Below are positions 40,560-53,843 of a DNA stretch of 64,000 nt, in pieces (positions within the stretch are counted from its first letter, which is position 1; each line of letters opens with the position of its first letter). The DNA comes from Octopus sinensis (taxonomy: Eukaryota). The notes under the pieces are model-generated. The model ran no database searches and had not been told where the DNA came from. It saw nothing but the letters and a program-made list of their open reading frames with translations. Both the position numbers and the translations under genes were made by a program. Location: contig NC_043003.1 in the NCBI RefSeq assembly GCF_006345805.1, positions 9,548,001 through 9,612,000 on the forward strand, read 5' to 3'.

Positions 40560-41190
40560 ACAATGAGCAAGTATCTCCACTGTACCTCTTCTGTAATAGA
40601 GAAGAAGAAACATTTGCCTGTATAGAGAACGAATGCCCTAGACTTACCCACAACCATTACAAGCTGTGGTAACACGACGAGGAAGCGAAAGTGCTATATT
40701 GGAATCTGTGCGAAAAGCGGGGTCTAGGGAGAAGCTAGATGTGGTATGAGTACAAACCGTAGAGAATGGCAGAGTTGAAGACCTTCAAAATCCTGTAGGA
40801 TTTCGCAATCCAAATGGACCAGGTACTAGAGCATAACAGACCATCCCTAGTGGTGGTGGAAGGAAGGCAAGAAAATAGAAAAAATATATAAAGTATAATC
40901 CTCTTAAGTAGGAAATAACCCGGATATGGGAAATGAAGAAAGTGAAAATAGTGTCAATTAATGCTGGTTCCTTGGGGACAGCATCAGACGGCATCAAGAG
41001 GAATATAAAGGAAATTGGAATAGAGTGACCAGTAGAACTGTTACTAAAGGCTTGCCTCCTTGTCACGGCCAGAATAATCATGAAATTATTAGATAGAGGA
41101 AAAACACATAACAGGCAAAAATCCCACTATACATGCAAAACTTTGGGAGTTCCAACAAATCTTGAATTAACAAATAATAATAATAAGTTG
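40560..41190 (+). mobile_element. Degenerate R4/Dong-like 3' fragment
   Basis: RHDEEAKVLYWNLC, HNRPSLVVV, EITRIWEMKKVKIVSINAGSLG, LLVTARII remnants; ends near aataataataat. Confidence 0.7.
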
Positions 41191-41239
41191 CTCATAGATA
41201 AAATGGTAATGAAGATTGTTAATGAAGAAGGACAAATTT

Positions 41240-41470
41240 ATCAATGGCCTGGACATGCTATCGCAAGACCTATGACATGATTCCACATCTTTGGATCAGA
41301 AAATGCTTGGATATGTCTGTGATTGCAAAGAACGTCAATAATATTTCTCAGAAAAAGCATGGAAAGTTGGAGGACAGAACTAACATCATAAAGACTGCAC
41401 CAAGCAACGTAATAATTCAAGCAGAGTATTTTTTCAGGGTGACAGTGTCTCCTTCCCTATTCGTTAAGAA
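41240..41470 (+). mobile_element. Non-LTR reverse transcriptase fragment (R4/Dong-like)
   Basis: MAWTCYRKTYDMIPHLWI (compare AWIDYKKAYDSVPHSWI) and FFQGDSVS (compare IFQGDSLS). Confidence 0.7.
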
Positions 41471-43049
41471 ATATAGAAAATAATCCGCTGACATGAAATC
41501 AGGACTTGAATCAGGAAGTTAAATCAACATTAGGAAATCCTAAGAAAAGAGAGGTGGTTAAAGTATAAACCAGATCGGGTTCCATAGAATGACAAAGCAG
41601 CCATACTATGAGATATATTAATGCATGCAATATTGTTGCCAGAGGTCAATTGGAAAATGTGTGGATTCTAATCGACTTAACATTCTCAACGAGTGATAAT
41701 ATTTTTCCTAGAGAAATGGAGAAATTACTGAGATATGTAAATGTTAGGATTCAATGCAGAAACACTCTCTATGATAAGCGATAAGTGACTTCGAAATGGT
41801 GAAAAAAACTTTAAGCAAATACTTAGTCAAACATCAATAACTTACAAACTTGCACCTCATGCAGAAATTAACACACATATGTACTGCATATATATCAAGT
41901 AGAACACTTAAATACTATGAAATTTGGAAACCTCAACAAAACACTTCTACTGAAGGTACGCAGAGATGTGTCTCAAAAGTGCAGTTAAATGATGCAGTAT
42001 ATTTCAGACTGCAAAATAATAATAATAAGATGGTTTCACTTGCTGCAAAATTTTAACTACAATATACAGTGCAAAAATTTAACTGAGACATTCTAGTTAA
42101 ATTTTTACATTTCCGTAACAGCTTCACAAAAAAAAACTATGGTTTTAATTCCAATATATGAAAAACCCAAGTCATTCAAATTTGTTGTTGACTGTTTGGA
42201 AGTTAAGTTTTCAGAAAGCCGCGTAGGATAGTGATGCAGTTCTATTGCAAACCCACCTCATCCCACATTTACCGCCAGCACCACTCTGATCGCTCACACC
42301 CTACAAATAAGTCTAGTCCAAAGTCCAAATGTTTGAGAATAAACGGATTTGTACTAAAACAGGATATTATTGCTTACTTGAAATGATTTTATGAGCAATT
42401 ATGTCAACTACGGTTGTACTGAATGACACCTGAAGTTACATGGCAAATGACAATTCGAAAATTGAATACGAACGACAAACTTTCAAAGCAAAATTACTGA
42501 CCAAATTCCTTTTGGAAATAATTGCCCGCGAAATTTCACTGACATTTCAAAAACGTTCATGACAGTTATCAGTGTATTTTGTAAAAATAAGGTTGTTTCA
42601 AATTAATATCCGTTTATTGTGGATTAAAGACGTTACAAAAATGTAAAACAAATTCTAACTAGTATGTCTAACCCTGATGAAAACCGCTTTGGTATTTCTG
42701 AACGCCGTACCTCTAAAAAATAGTTAAGAGACAGGTAAGAATTGTTCATTGTATAACTGAAAGAGGCAGGTCAATTCTATCACAAGTGTCATGAGTAATG
42801 TTATGATTTATACAGATAATATGACGTGTAACGATTAGGCATTTGGTCAATCACTTGACTCGTATTTTACGTTATTGACTCCGAAATTCGCGGAATTTGG
42901 CGTATAGAGTCGAGAAAAAAGTTATGCAAGTTGTCCAACTTCGCAGAAAGAGTACAAACGCAGACATGACAAAATTGCCCAAAACCTTCACTGGCTAATA
43001 TACCACAAGTATGGATACGAGTTAACGAATGCTTGGTACCAACATACAA

Positions 43050-43523
43050 GGTAGAGAAAAGAGGAAGGCAAAGATCGTCTGGGAATTTGACGTCCAGACA
43101 TACAAGGTGTTAGAGCACTGAAGGCCCGATATAGTAACCTTTTGGTGGGACAAACAAGAGTGCCTAATAATCGACGTGGCAGTGCCAGGAGATCAATATA
43201 TTATCATGAAAGAAAGATAGATAAATATGGAGATCTGACATGATGTGGCAGCTACGCGAGTCAAACATAAAGGTTGTGGCTCTTGTCATCGGAGCATTGG
43301 GTTCAATACCACAAAATCTGAAGAAACATCTGGAAACTTTAGAAATACCATACAATCTAGGTGTATTGCAAAACCTGGCTTTACTTGCAACTGCACGCAT
43401 ATTGCGTAAAATCATGTCTAACTGAAGTCCTTGTTGTGACTTAACAGACTATACAATACCCCTGGCAGACACGATATCTACAATCAACAACATAACGATA
43501 TTGGATGCTGTGCGACGAATTCA
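43050..43523 (+). mobile_element. R4/Dong-like 3' fragment
   Basis: IVWEFDVQT..RPDIV..LIIDVAVPGD..VVALVIGALG..TARILRKIMSN*, then a 3'UTR ending in (TAA)n. Confidence 0.85.
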
Positions 43524-43537
43524 ATAATAATAATAAT

Positions 43538-43570
<33 letters not shown>

Positions 43571-43579
43571 TAATAATAC

Positions 43580-43949
43580 GTGATTGTGTCATGCAACACA
43601 TCCTACGCAAGAAACTATCAATTCAAGCCAAACAAAACACACCACAAACAAAAGACACACTCTATACGGTAAGTACCCCATAAAAAAAAAACAAAGAAAA
43701 CACCACAACGTGTTCTCTACAGGCTGGACACCCAACAGAAGAACGCAACTCGTATTAAACACACAATACACCATACAACAAAATACTTCAAACAGACAGT
43801 ATAGCAAAACTTACTGACGAAATACAACACCGGAAAAGAGTTTGTACTTCCCCAACAAGCAAAAAGATCACACAGTGATGCACACACTCCAGCAACTAGT
43901 AGGTGCAGCAGTGGCGCAGTAGAAATTTGCCTGAAACTATCAAAAGTTC

Positions 43950-43950
<1 letters not shown>
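43580..43950 (+). mobile_element. Extreme 3' end of a different R4/Dong-like subfamily
   Basis: Starts with HILRKKLSI; a long CA-rich 3'UTR ends in (TAA)n at 43951-43987. Confidence 0.55.
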
Positions 43951-43989
<39 letters not shown>

Positions 43990-44165
43990 CTTTCTACAAT
44001 AAGCACAAATTCTGAAATTTGCGCGGAGAGGGACTAGTCGATTAGATCGGCCCCAGTGTTTCACGGGTACTTATTTTATCGACACGGGAAGAAAGAAAGA
44101 TAAAGCCAACCTTTGCGTAATTTGAACTCAGAACGTAGCAACGGGCGAAATACCGCTAAGCATTT
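43990..44165 (-). mobile_element. tRNA-derived SINE, family A (5' part lost)
   Basis: Tail and central motif plus tttgaactcagaacgtagc. Confidence 0.7.
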
Positions 44166-44602
44166 CGCTAAGCATCAGTACCAGGTACTAATGCATAACT
44201 GGTACTTAAAGGTACAAGGGTCTCTCATATGAAACGTTTTTTGAAAATAGGAAGATTTATATAATCATATTTTTTGCACATAATTAGCAGTATTAATTTA
44301 ATCGTTATTAAACTGCAGTCATTATTTTGAAATAATTTTATCGGAATCGGAATATAGAAGACATATTCTGCGGAATATAGATGACATATTCTGTGACCTA
44401 GCAGACCGCTCAGACATATTTTAGTACTTATGTAGAGACACAAGTCTGTTACGATCATCTGTCTGTGTAGTAACGGCATTCTAAATAGTAGTCTTTATTA
44501 CGAAGCTACAATAAGAAAATTATGACTTCAGTGAAACTACTGATGATGTAGTTCTATATACACGATATTGTGTATATATGATCTTATATATAACTATATA
44601 TA

Positions 44603-45012
44603 GGCGCAGGTGTGGCTGTGTGGTAACAAGCTTGATTCCCAACCATATGGCTCCAGGTTTAATCCCACTGCGTGTTAACTTGAGTAAACGTCTTTTATTA
44701 TAACCGCTTGCCGACCAGGGCCTTGAGAGGGGATTTGGGAGACGGAAACTGAAAGAAGCCCGTCATACATGTAAATATGCATATATTTGTATATTTCTTT
44801 GTGTCTGTGTTTGTCTCCCCTCCCCATCCCCGATTGACAACCGGTGTTTGTGTATTTATGTGGTCATAATTTAGCGGTTCGGCGAACGAGTAAATATTTG
44901 ACTTAACAAAATAAGTTCTGTAGTCGATTTGTTCTACGAAAAAGACTCTTCAAGGCGGTGGTCCAGCATGGCCGCAGTCAAGTGACCGAAACAAATGAAA
45001 GAAGAGAATAAA
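44603..45012 (+). mobile_element. tRNA-derived SINE, family C
   Basis: ggcgcaggtgtggctgtgtggtaacaagcttgattcccaacc head; gacggaaactgaaagaagcccg body. Confidence 0.82.
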
Positions 45013-45044
45013 AGATATATATATATATACACACATATATATAT

Positions 45045-45084
<40 letters not shown>

Positions 45085-45086
<2 letters not shown>

Positions 45087-46855
45087 AATATATACATCCA
45101 TACATACATATCACATAAACATATATATATATATATGCATTTTATTGTTGTTATTATCATTATTGCCAACAGTTTGATTTCAACACATTCCGAATATACG
45201 TGTTACAACACACACGCGCACGTACATACATGTGTGTGTTTACAGTATACACACATACATACCCAAAAACATACACACTTACTCGCACATATATTGCTAT
45301 TGAAATAATCACCAAAAAGAGCGAATAAGATTATGAGGCAGCGAGGAGTACAATGCACAGATAATCCATGAAGTCAAACCAGAAAAATATGTACCAGAAA
45401 ATGCATAGAAATACGAAACGAAGCGTATATTAAAGAATGTGTAACCTGACAAATAATACATCAACGAATGAAATAGAAAAGACTCTAACGTTCCAGTTTA
45501 TATTCTCAATAAAAGAGAAAGAACAATAATGAGAAAGTGAAGTGGAAAGGAAATAGTAACGAAACCAAATTTACAGCGTCTCTGTTATATTGTCGAATAC
45601 CTTCGGGACAGAATAACAAAGCTTCAAATGACACAAAGCATATAACATTTATTATTCCGCCGAAACAAATCAGTGTTGCTAATTCGTGGATTAACCATAG
45701 CAACAGAATCCATTCTGTAGATATTCAAATATCAAATCCAATATAAACGGTACATCAATCTCTGGGGTGGGTCCTTATATATATATATATAATGAGCTTT
45801 GCTGTGTTAAGTACTGGTTATCACAAAAGTATTAAGGTAAATATATACATTCTTTCAGAATAATAAGGAAATGTTAAAAACAGTTTACAAGAAAGTATTT
45901 AAGAAAGTAAAAACTATTTTGAATTCAATAAAAATCATGTTTGTTTGATAGTATATATATATATATTATATATATATATATATATAGGAATATATACATC
46001 CATACATACATATCACATAAACATATATATATATATATATGCATTTTATTGTTGTTATTATCATTATTGCCAACAGTTTGATTTCAACACATTCCGAATA
46101 TACGTGTTACAACACACACGCGCACGTACATACATGTGTGTGTTTACAGTATACACACATACATACCCAAAAACATACACACTTACTCGCACATATATTG
46201 CTATTGAAATAATCACCAAAAAGAGCGAATAAGATTATGAGGCAGCGGGGAGTACAATGCACAGATAATCTATGAAGTCAAACCAGAAAAATATGTACCA
46301 GAAAATGCATAGAAATACGAAACGAAGCGTATATTAAAGAATGTGTAACCTGACAAATAATACATCAACGAATGAAATAGAAAAGACTCTAACGTTCCAG
46401 TTTATATTCTCAATAAAAGAGAAAGAACAATAATGAGAAAGTGAAGTGGAAAGGAAATAGTAACGAAACCAAATTTACAGCGTCTCTGTTATATTGTCGA
46501 ATACCTTCGGGACAGAATAACAAAGCTTCAAATGACACAAAACATATAACATTTATTATTCCGCCGAAACAAATCAGTGTTGCTAATTCGTGGATTAACC
46601 ATAGCAACAGAATCCATTCTGTAGATATTCAAATATCAAATCCAATATAAACGGTACATCAATCTCTGGGGTGGGTCCTTATATATATATATATAATGAG
46701 CTTTGCTGTGTTAAGTACTGGTTATCACAAAAGTATTAAGGTAAATATATACATTCTTTCAGAATAATAAGGAAATGTTAAAAACAGTTTACAAGAAAGT
46801 ATTTAAGAAAGTAAAAACTATTTTGAATTCAATAAAAATCATGTTTGTTTGATAG

Positions 46856-46859
<4 letters not shown>
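45085..46859. repeat. Tandem duplication of a ~0.9-kb unique unit
   Basis: 45085-45955 versus 45987-46859 are nearly identical (about three substitutions seen); the boundaries lie in (TA)n. Confidence 0.95.
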
Positions 46860-46895
<36 letters not shown>

Positions 46896-47169
46896 AGTAC
46901 ACATATATATATGTATGTGTGTATATATATGTATGTATGTATCACCTGAACACGTGGTCAACCAGGTTGACAGATGCTGTTATAATACATCGCTGAGTAC
47001 ATTGACACTTTGCATCGTTTTAGCCATCGAATGATGCCACCTCGCTGGGTAGGCGTACAAGCCAACATTCCCAGCAACATGTAATGAAGCGTTTTGCTCG
47101 AGACTGGGAATCACAGCTACAATCTAGTGATTGTGTGTGCAACAACATAACCACTAACTCACGCGCCTC

Positions 47170-47201
<32 letters not shown>

Positions 47202-48154
47202 TATATATACATATATATGCGCGCGTGTGTGTGTATGTAGGTGTGTGCGTGCTTTTCTTTATGTTCACTTGGAACTGCATTGCCCGAAAAAAGTGTTACT
47301 TAATTCTAAATATTACACGATGCATCGGTTGGTTTCGTTAAAATCTGACGATGTGAAAAACACATTTCATCCTTGGATGTGTGGGTTTTGTGATGTGGTC
47401 TGGTGGTGTTCCGGCGTTTAGTGAAAGCGAATGATTATCCATATTCCATACTTTAGAAATACCATGTACTATCAACTGTAATTTGGAATTTTAAAATTTT
47501 AGCTTTATTTATGTAAAAACATTTAAAACATGCACACACACATACACATAAATACACACACACACGTGTGATCTATTTACTATTGAAGTCTGGTATAAAA
47601 TTCTAGTCACCTGCCACTGTATTAATAATAACATTTACGATGCGTACTTGTTTGTTCTATAAGGACGTCATTAACCCAAATTATTGATATATACACCCGA
47701 TTTATTTCGCTCCAGTAGCTTCCGGACTTTAAGGTTGCAATACATGTACCTATCGTGTGACATAGAATTCGGTAAACAAGAATGGTAAAAATGATGCAAT
47801 CTGTTAAGTGGGAAGAAGCTACCTATTACATCTGGTAGTCCAGTCTCTATCGACTCTTTTAACTCTGACTTTCGATATATTAAGTTCAAATAAGAAACGA
47901 CATATATCTGTTAATGAAAGAGATGGCATAATAATTAGTGTGATTGATATATAGACAGAAACAAAGAAAATCGTTTGTCGGTGAGCGTGTGTTTTTGTGT
48001 TTATGTTAATGAAATCTATTAAAAGCTTCATCGTTAATACTTCATTATGTAATCTAAACTCTAACGAAATTACACTTTCAATCACATTAAACGAATTCTT
48101 GTGACAATGGATTTAATTTATATTCTGTATTGTTATGTATGTTTTAACTTATAT

Positions 48155-48230
48155 CAGCGGTTCTCAACCGGGGTCTATATGGCACTTGAGAGTTCATATC
48201 AGATTTTGTTGCAAATTTTAATGTGTAATA
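48155..48230 (+). mobile_element. Possible hAT-type terminal fragment
   Basis: TA-TA-T followed by CAGCGGTTCTCAACCGGGG, a typical hAT/Charlie terminus; the partner end was not found. Confidence 0.35.
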
Positions 48231-48562
48231 AATTGGCTACAAAATTATTTAAAAATTTATAAATTGCTACAAAAAAATAGGTGCTAGCCCTAGGTGATGG
48301 TGGTGGTGGGGGTGCTTGCCTCCCCTTCGCAAATATAAGGACACAGGAAATGTGTCAAAGCCGACAGGAAGCGTCGACGCTTCCTAGGGCTAAATAGCGG
48401 TGGCGTGATTCCCTTTACGGGACTGTCACGTTAAGTTGACCGTATACAACCACTCTATCGCTCGAGCACCGCTCATGTCTCTCTGAGACATTTAGAACTG
48501 CAATATTTCTAATATTAAAAAAAATAGTTTTAAATATACACTAACGATTAAATGTTATAAAA

Positions 48563-49556
48563 TATTTATAATCATGTCATTATACAATAGGAACAATTAA
48601 CAGGATGAGAACAAATAAGATGCTACACCAAGTATGGCAAATGTTAAAGGACACAAAGTCAGCAATTTTGGGGAAGGTGGGTAGTCGATAAAATTGCCCG
48701 CAGCACTCACCTGGTACATATTTTATCGCCCCCCCCCAGTGATAACGGAAAAGTCGACCTCGGTGGATTTGAACTCAGAACGTAAAGACAGACTAAATGC
48801 CAGTTATCAGTTTGCCCGTCGTGCTAACGACTCAGCCAGTTCGTCGTTTTCTAACGGAAAAGTATTGGTTTGAAATTTTGGGGGAGGTACCAATTAGATT
48901 AAATCAATCTCAATGCTCCACTGCGGAATTTGAACTCAAAACTTAGAGACGAAATGCCGCCAAGCATCTTGCACGGCATGCCAACGATTCTGCCAGCTCA
49001 CCGCCTTCTAACGATAAAATATCCTTTTCTACTCTAGGCACAAGATCCGAAATTTTTGGGGAGGGTGCTCAATCAATTAGATCAACCTCAGTACACAACT
49101 GGTACTTAATTTATTGACCCAGAAAGGTTGAAAGGCAAAGTCGACCTCGGCGGAATTTGAACTCAGAACGTAGCAGCAGACGAAATACCTATTTCTTTAC
49201 TACCCACAAGGGGCTCAACACAGAGAGGACAAACAAGGACAGACAAACGGATTAAGTCGATTAGTTCGACCCCGAAAGGATGAAAGGCAAAGTCGACTTC
49301 GGCGGAATTTGAACTCAGAACTTAAAGACAGACAAAATACCTCTAAGCATTTCGCCCGGCATGCTAACGTTTCCGTCAGCTTGCCGCCTTCTTCTAACGA
49401 TAAAATATTGATACAATACTCCTTCGATTAGTAGCACAAAACATAATCCACATTAAAAGCCTATTGCTCCTTTAACATTTGTCATACATGGTTTAATATT
49501 ACATTAGTTCTCATCCTGTTAATTGTCCATATTATATATAGCCATGGTTATAAATA
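48563..49556. mobile_element. Inverted-repeat element (arms 48563-48651 and 49468-49556) containing a cluster of family A SINEs
   Basis: The arms are diverged reverse complements. At least four SINE units on the minus strand lie between 48655 and 49390. Confidence 0.7.
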
Positions 49557-51776
49557 TACGTACCTATTAGCCAGAATACTGACAATGTATCCCAAATGAT
49601 CCTCATAAAGCAAGCTGAACGTTTCGACTTCCAATTTAAATCGCAAATTAAATATACTTAAAAATGTATTCGCTCATAATTTGTCGGAAGTTTTTATTAC
49701 CTTGTGAAAGACAACTTAAAATTCATGCATAATAGTTGTTTTATTCTCCTTTGTCAGAATCCATGATTACATGTTAAGAACGACAATAATGAATTGAATG
49801 CTTAATGTTGCGATTCTAAAATTTAAAACTAGTTAAATTTATTGGGCAAATTGAGGATAAAATAAGAAATCATTGACGAAGCAGAAAACTAATACAAAAC
49901 AGGAAATTGTCTTGGAATTCAAATTGTCGAAAGAATTGCCTTCAAAGAATACCGACATTTAAAATAATCTGCAATATATAGAAGAAAACAAAAATTTGGT
50001 AATACTGAGCTGTACCAATATAACAGATATAGGAAAGTAATATGATGCTTCGTCATTTTGTCAAATTCTAAGCGTAAATGCTGAAAGAAGTTTATTTTCA
50101 CTAAATTGCAATGCATTTGCATATTTTTGTAAAGAAATGTTCAGATCGCGTTGATTAAGAACTCAATATGCAAGATCTGAGTGTCAATAGACATCTTTGT
50201 CCGGAAACGTGTCAGATATCGGAAATAGATAACGCTCTACTATATACAGAAACCTAGACTGAAAGACACATACACAGAAGAGTAGAAAGATAGCTATATC
50301 GATGAGTACAAATAAAGTGGTGGAAAACGGGACTTTATTTGGTAATAGAGGCTATGATTTTGATGATAGTGATGCTGCAGATGAAGATAATTGTGATGTT
50401 GTTGAAAATGGAGATACGAAAAAATGGTTGTATTGATTATGATAAGTCCTTCAATTTCACTCATAACATAATCTATAGTAGTCCCATCATCATCATCAAC
50501 ATCATATCCATAAACCCTACTACCTCATAATGTTATCTTAAACGAATATTCAAATGTCGACAGAATAAACGAACACTGTTTTAAGAGTTACTGAAAATGT
50601 TGTACGTTAAAATTCTCACACCGGTAGCTATTACTGTAAATTATACATGCGAATATTATATACGTAAATACTTTTATTGCCATAGAATATACTCACTGCT
50701 GGATAATCTGTTAGAAGATCACTCTAATAACAGCCCTAGGGGACTGATTTTACTTTGCAAACATATCCAATGTCTTTAAGTTTTTATATTTCTGTCCAAC
50801 AAGCTGTAAGAAAATAATATCTGTGTCGGTTGTATAAAGGACATAGCATTCATTGACCATAACTTCATTCACTTGAAGTCTACATTCATGAGATACTTTG
50901 CCTAGTTTGGAATCACATTTCTGTAATCAGACTATAAAGCATCGTATAAAAGAAATCAGTGCCTCGTTTTATCACTGGACATATATTATATTAGTTAGGT
51001 GCATCATGACTATGATTTTACAGTAATTTCTGCTTTAAATTTGATATGAAATTTGATCCATATATGTTTCGCCCGTGTATGACAAACAGTTCTAGCGCTG
51101 GTGTTAGCGTTAGGGCTAGGGTTATTATTTTCAATGCCATACGACAATACTTTTGTTGTAACAACATATTTACACTTATTTGCATAAAACAAAGTATTGT
51201 ATCGAAGAACTGCTTACAGTTTTATGCAATTCCATGAAAAGCATAGTATCGTAGACATTACTGATCCAAAATATTTTTAGGCAAGCCAGATACGGCGTTC
51301 CTTTGTGTATATTCCTGTTACCAGATCCATGTGTATATTACTTATGTAAACTTGAATGATGAACTTTGATCAAATGATTGTATATGCTTATGAAACATAA
51401 AAATGAAAGGAAATGCTGAGGGTTGGGTGAAGTTAATCTATTTCAACGACACGGCATACACTCCTTTCTATAGTGCTAAGTGCTATCATTTGTGTGCCAT
51501 AAGGTTTAATGTTTCCAAATACAAATAAAAATGGTCGGATATCAGACCGGCACAAATTCCGTCACCTAACGATGGAACAATTTGCTCCTTTTTCTGATTT
51601 TTTGTATATATTCGAAATTTTATTAACATCTCTTCAAAGATCGTTCACATATTCCAGTCTAAGCAGGGCAATAGGTTTACTTTAGTCTCATTGTATACGT
51701 TTTTATTACAAACTTATCAATTCATTTCTATCAGCTGCCCTTCATACACCTACAAGAATATTCATATGTATATTAT

Positions 51777-51853
<77 letters not shown>

Positions 51854-52266
51854 TGGCAATATTGCGAATAAGGATTACTTCGAAGTAGCAACAGCATTAC
51901 CTTTAATTCTATAATCATATACTGCTTTTAACCGTTGCAATTGCAAACCTCGTATAATACGGTGCAGTTTCTTCAGGTTTTTAACTTGATGTTTCTGTGT
52001 TGTATAATGTAGAGTTGCCCGTTCTTATTGGCTAATCATTTTTAGTTCATCATTTGAAAACCTTGTATAATTTAAATGATAATCACTAATTAATATTTGG
52101 CAAATATAAATTCCACATGTCCAAGCATCTCAGTGCTTGCTCATGTCTAGAACTTATTGCATTAACCTTGGATGTGAGAATTCTATAAAATCTTTCTACA
52201 CGTAGGTCACATCTCTCTCTCTCTCTCTCTCCTTCTCTCTATGTATATATATATATATTATATATA

Positions 52267-52361
<95 letters not shown>

Positions 52362-52994
52362 GCATATATGTATACGTATATGTACATATTTACATATATA
52401 CGTATATACATCAGTGGGCACAGGACGTCACAGAACGTAAAAAGCATAAAATACGACACGACAATACTAAATACGAATACATGGAATATGAACTTTTTTT
52501 ACGAATAACGAAAGAAACAAATGGAAAACAAGGAAAGCAACATAAACAAAAGTTGTCGGCTGTTTTCTAAATCATTATCTCGAACAATTAACCAGATAGG
52601 CCTTCGATAAATCAGTTGCACCCGCAAAGCAAATTAAATGAAATTTGGGATTTTGCGGAGGGTCAAAATTGGTAAGAAAAACAAGACAGTGAAAAGAAAC
52701 AGGAAGGGCTGCTAAGCCTAAACGAGTTTAGGTGGCGAATGCGGAGGGGTAAGCTTGGATAGGTGTCAGACAAGAATGCGTCTGATCCCTCCAGCTATGT
52801 CAGAAGGGAAGAGAGAAACACAACTTAGGAAACGAAAGATGGCCGATGGTTATGTGGGAGCAACAAGAGAGCAAAGGAGAAAGAGTGAGGGAGTGACAGG
52901 CAGAGAACGGTGAAGGGGAGAAGGAGAGATAAAAGAATTAGAGAAAGGAAGAGAGAAAACGGAAGAGTAGCAGAATATATATATATATATGGTG

Positions 52995-53051
<57 letters not shown>

Positions 53052-53718
53052 ATATGCGTGTACGTTCATATATATATTATATTGTGAGAACAAAAATGGC
53101 GGCGATGGTATTATTTTTAATCTTTCATATACTTATATGCTCACACAAAAACCAACAGAGACAGACAAACTAACTGACCTCTGCATATACGCACTAGCTA
53201 ATACATGCACGTATATTCTCGGCATCATTTGTCGCTCTGTCACTATACTCAAATTCACACATATACACTCATGCGCACCATATATTTACAAACATGCAGA
53301 CATAAGTACAGACAAGCAGACAACACACACACACACTCACACATACAAACACACATGGACATTCGTATGAGCACACACACATATTTCTCAGTGAGTAGAC
53401 TCATAGAAGAAAAGAGAAACTGGAAGTTTTCATGCAATTTGATATCTGGTAGCAATATTCGTGTTATAGAACACTTCTAATGATTATATAATCCGAACTC
53501 TTTATGTAAACATTTGCGTTTTTCGATAAAGCACTAGCGTGGTATTTTAATGTTTTATTTGCGATGTAGGGTTATTCATTGCCCCCTTCTATTTCTATGT
53601 CAGTCCAGTTGAAAAAGTGACAATAACAAAGAAATCATTATAAAAATGGAACACTTCTTCACAATTACTGATTAATTGTATCTACACTTTTAATTATAAT
53701 TCATTTTAATTATTTCAG

Positions 53719-53843
53719 ATTACGTCGAAAAGGAGAGATGTTTTTCCATAGCCGCTTTGTGATTTTAACCGTTGTTATTTTGTGCGTTCTTGACTGCGCC
53801 TTGGTCCTGGGAGAACTTATTTTGGACTTGCACAGTGTTAGAG
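53719..53843 (+). CDS. HVCN1: Voltage-gated proton channel exon encoding S0-S1 (LRRKGEMFFHSRFVILTVVILCVLDCALVLGELILDLHSVR)
   Basis: tatttcAG acceptor and GAG|GTAAGT donor. The translation matches human Hv1 S1 ([25 protein letters not shown]), with the D112-equivalent Asp codon at 53792-53794. Confidence 0.92.

Noticed and set aside
42674-42710. CTGATGA...GAAC...GTA hammerhead-like string
   Set aside because: GAAA is incomplete and there is no stem I complementarity.
53092-53112. aaaATGGCGGCGATG|gtatt as a start exon for the channel
   Set aside because: Phase 0 donor, while exon 53719 needs phase 2; it also sits beside microsatellites.
53719-53843. Alternative identity as TMEM266, VSP/TPTE or a Kv voltage sensor
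   Set aside because: Asp at the 112-equivalent plus GELILDL and the FH-x-x-SI S2 pattern fit Hv1 best.
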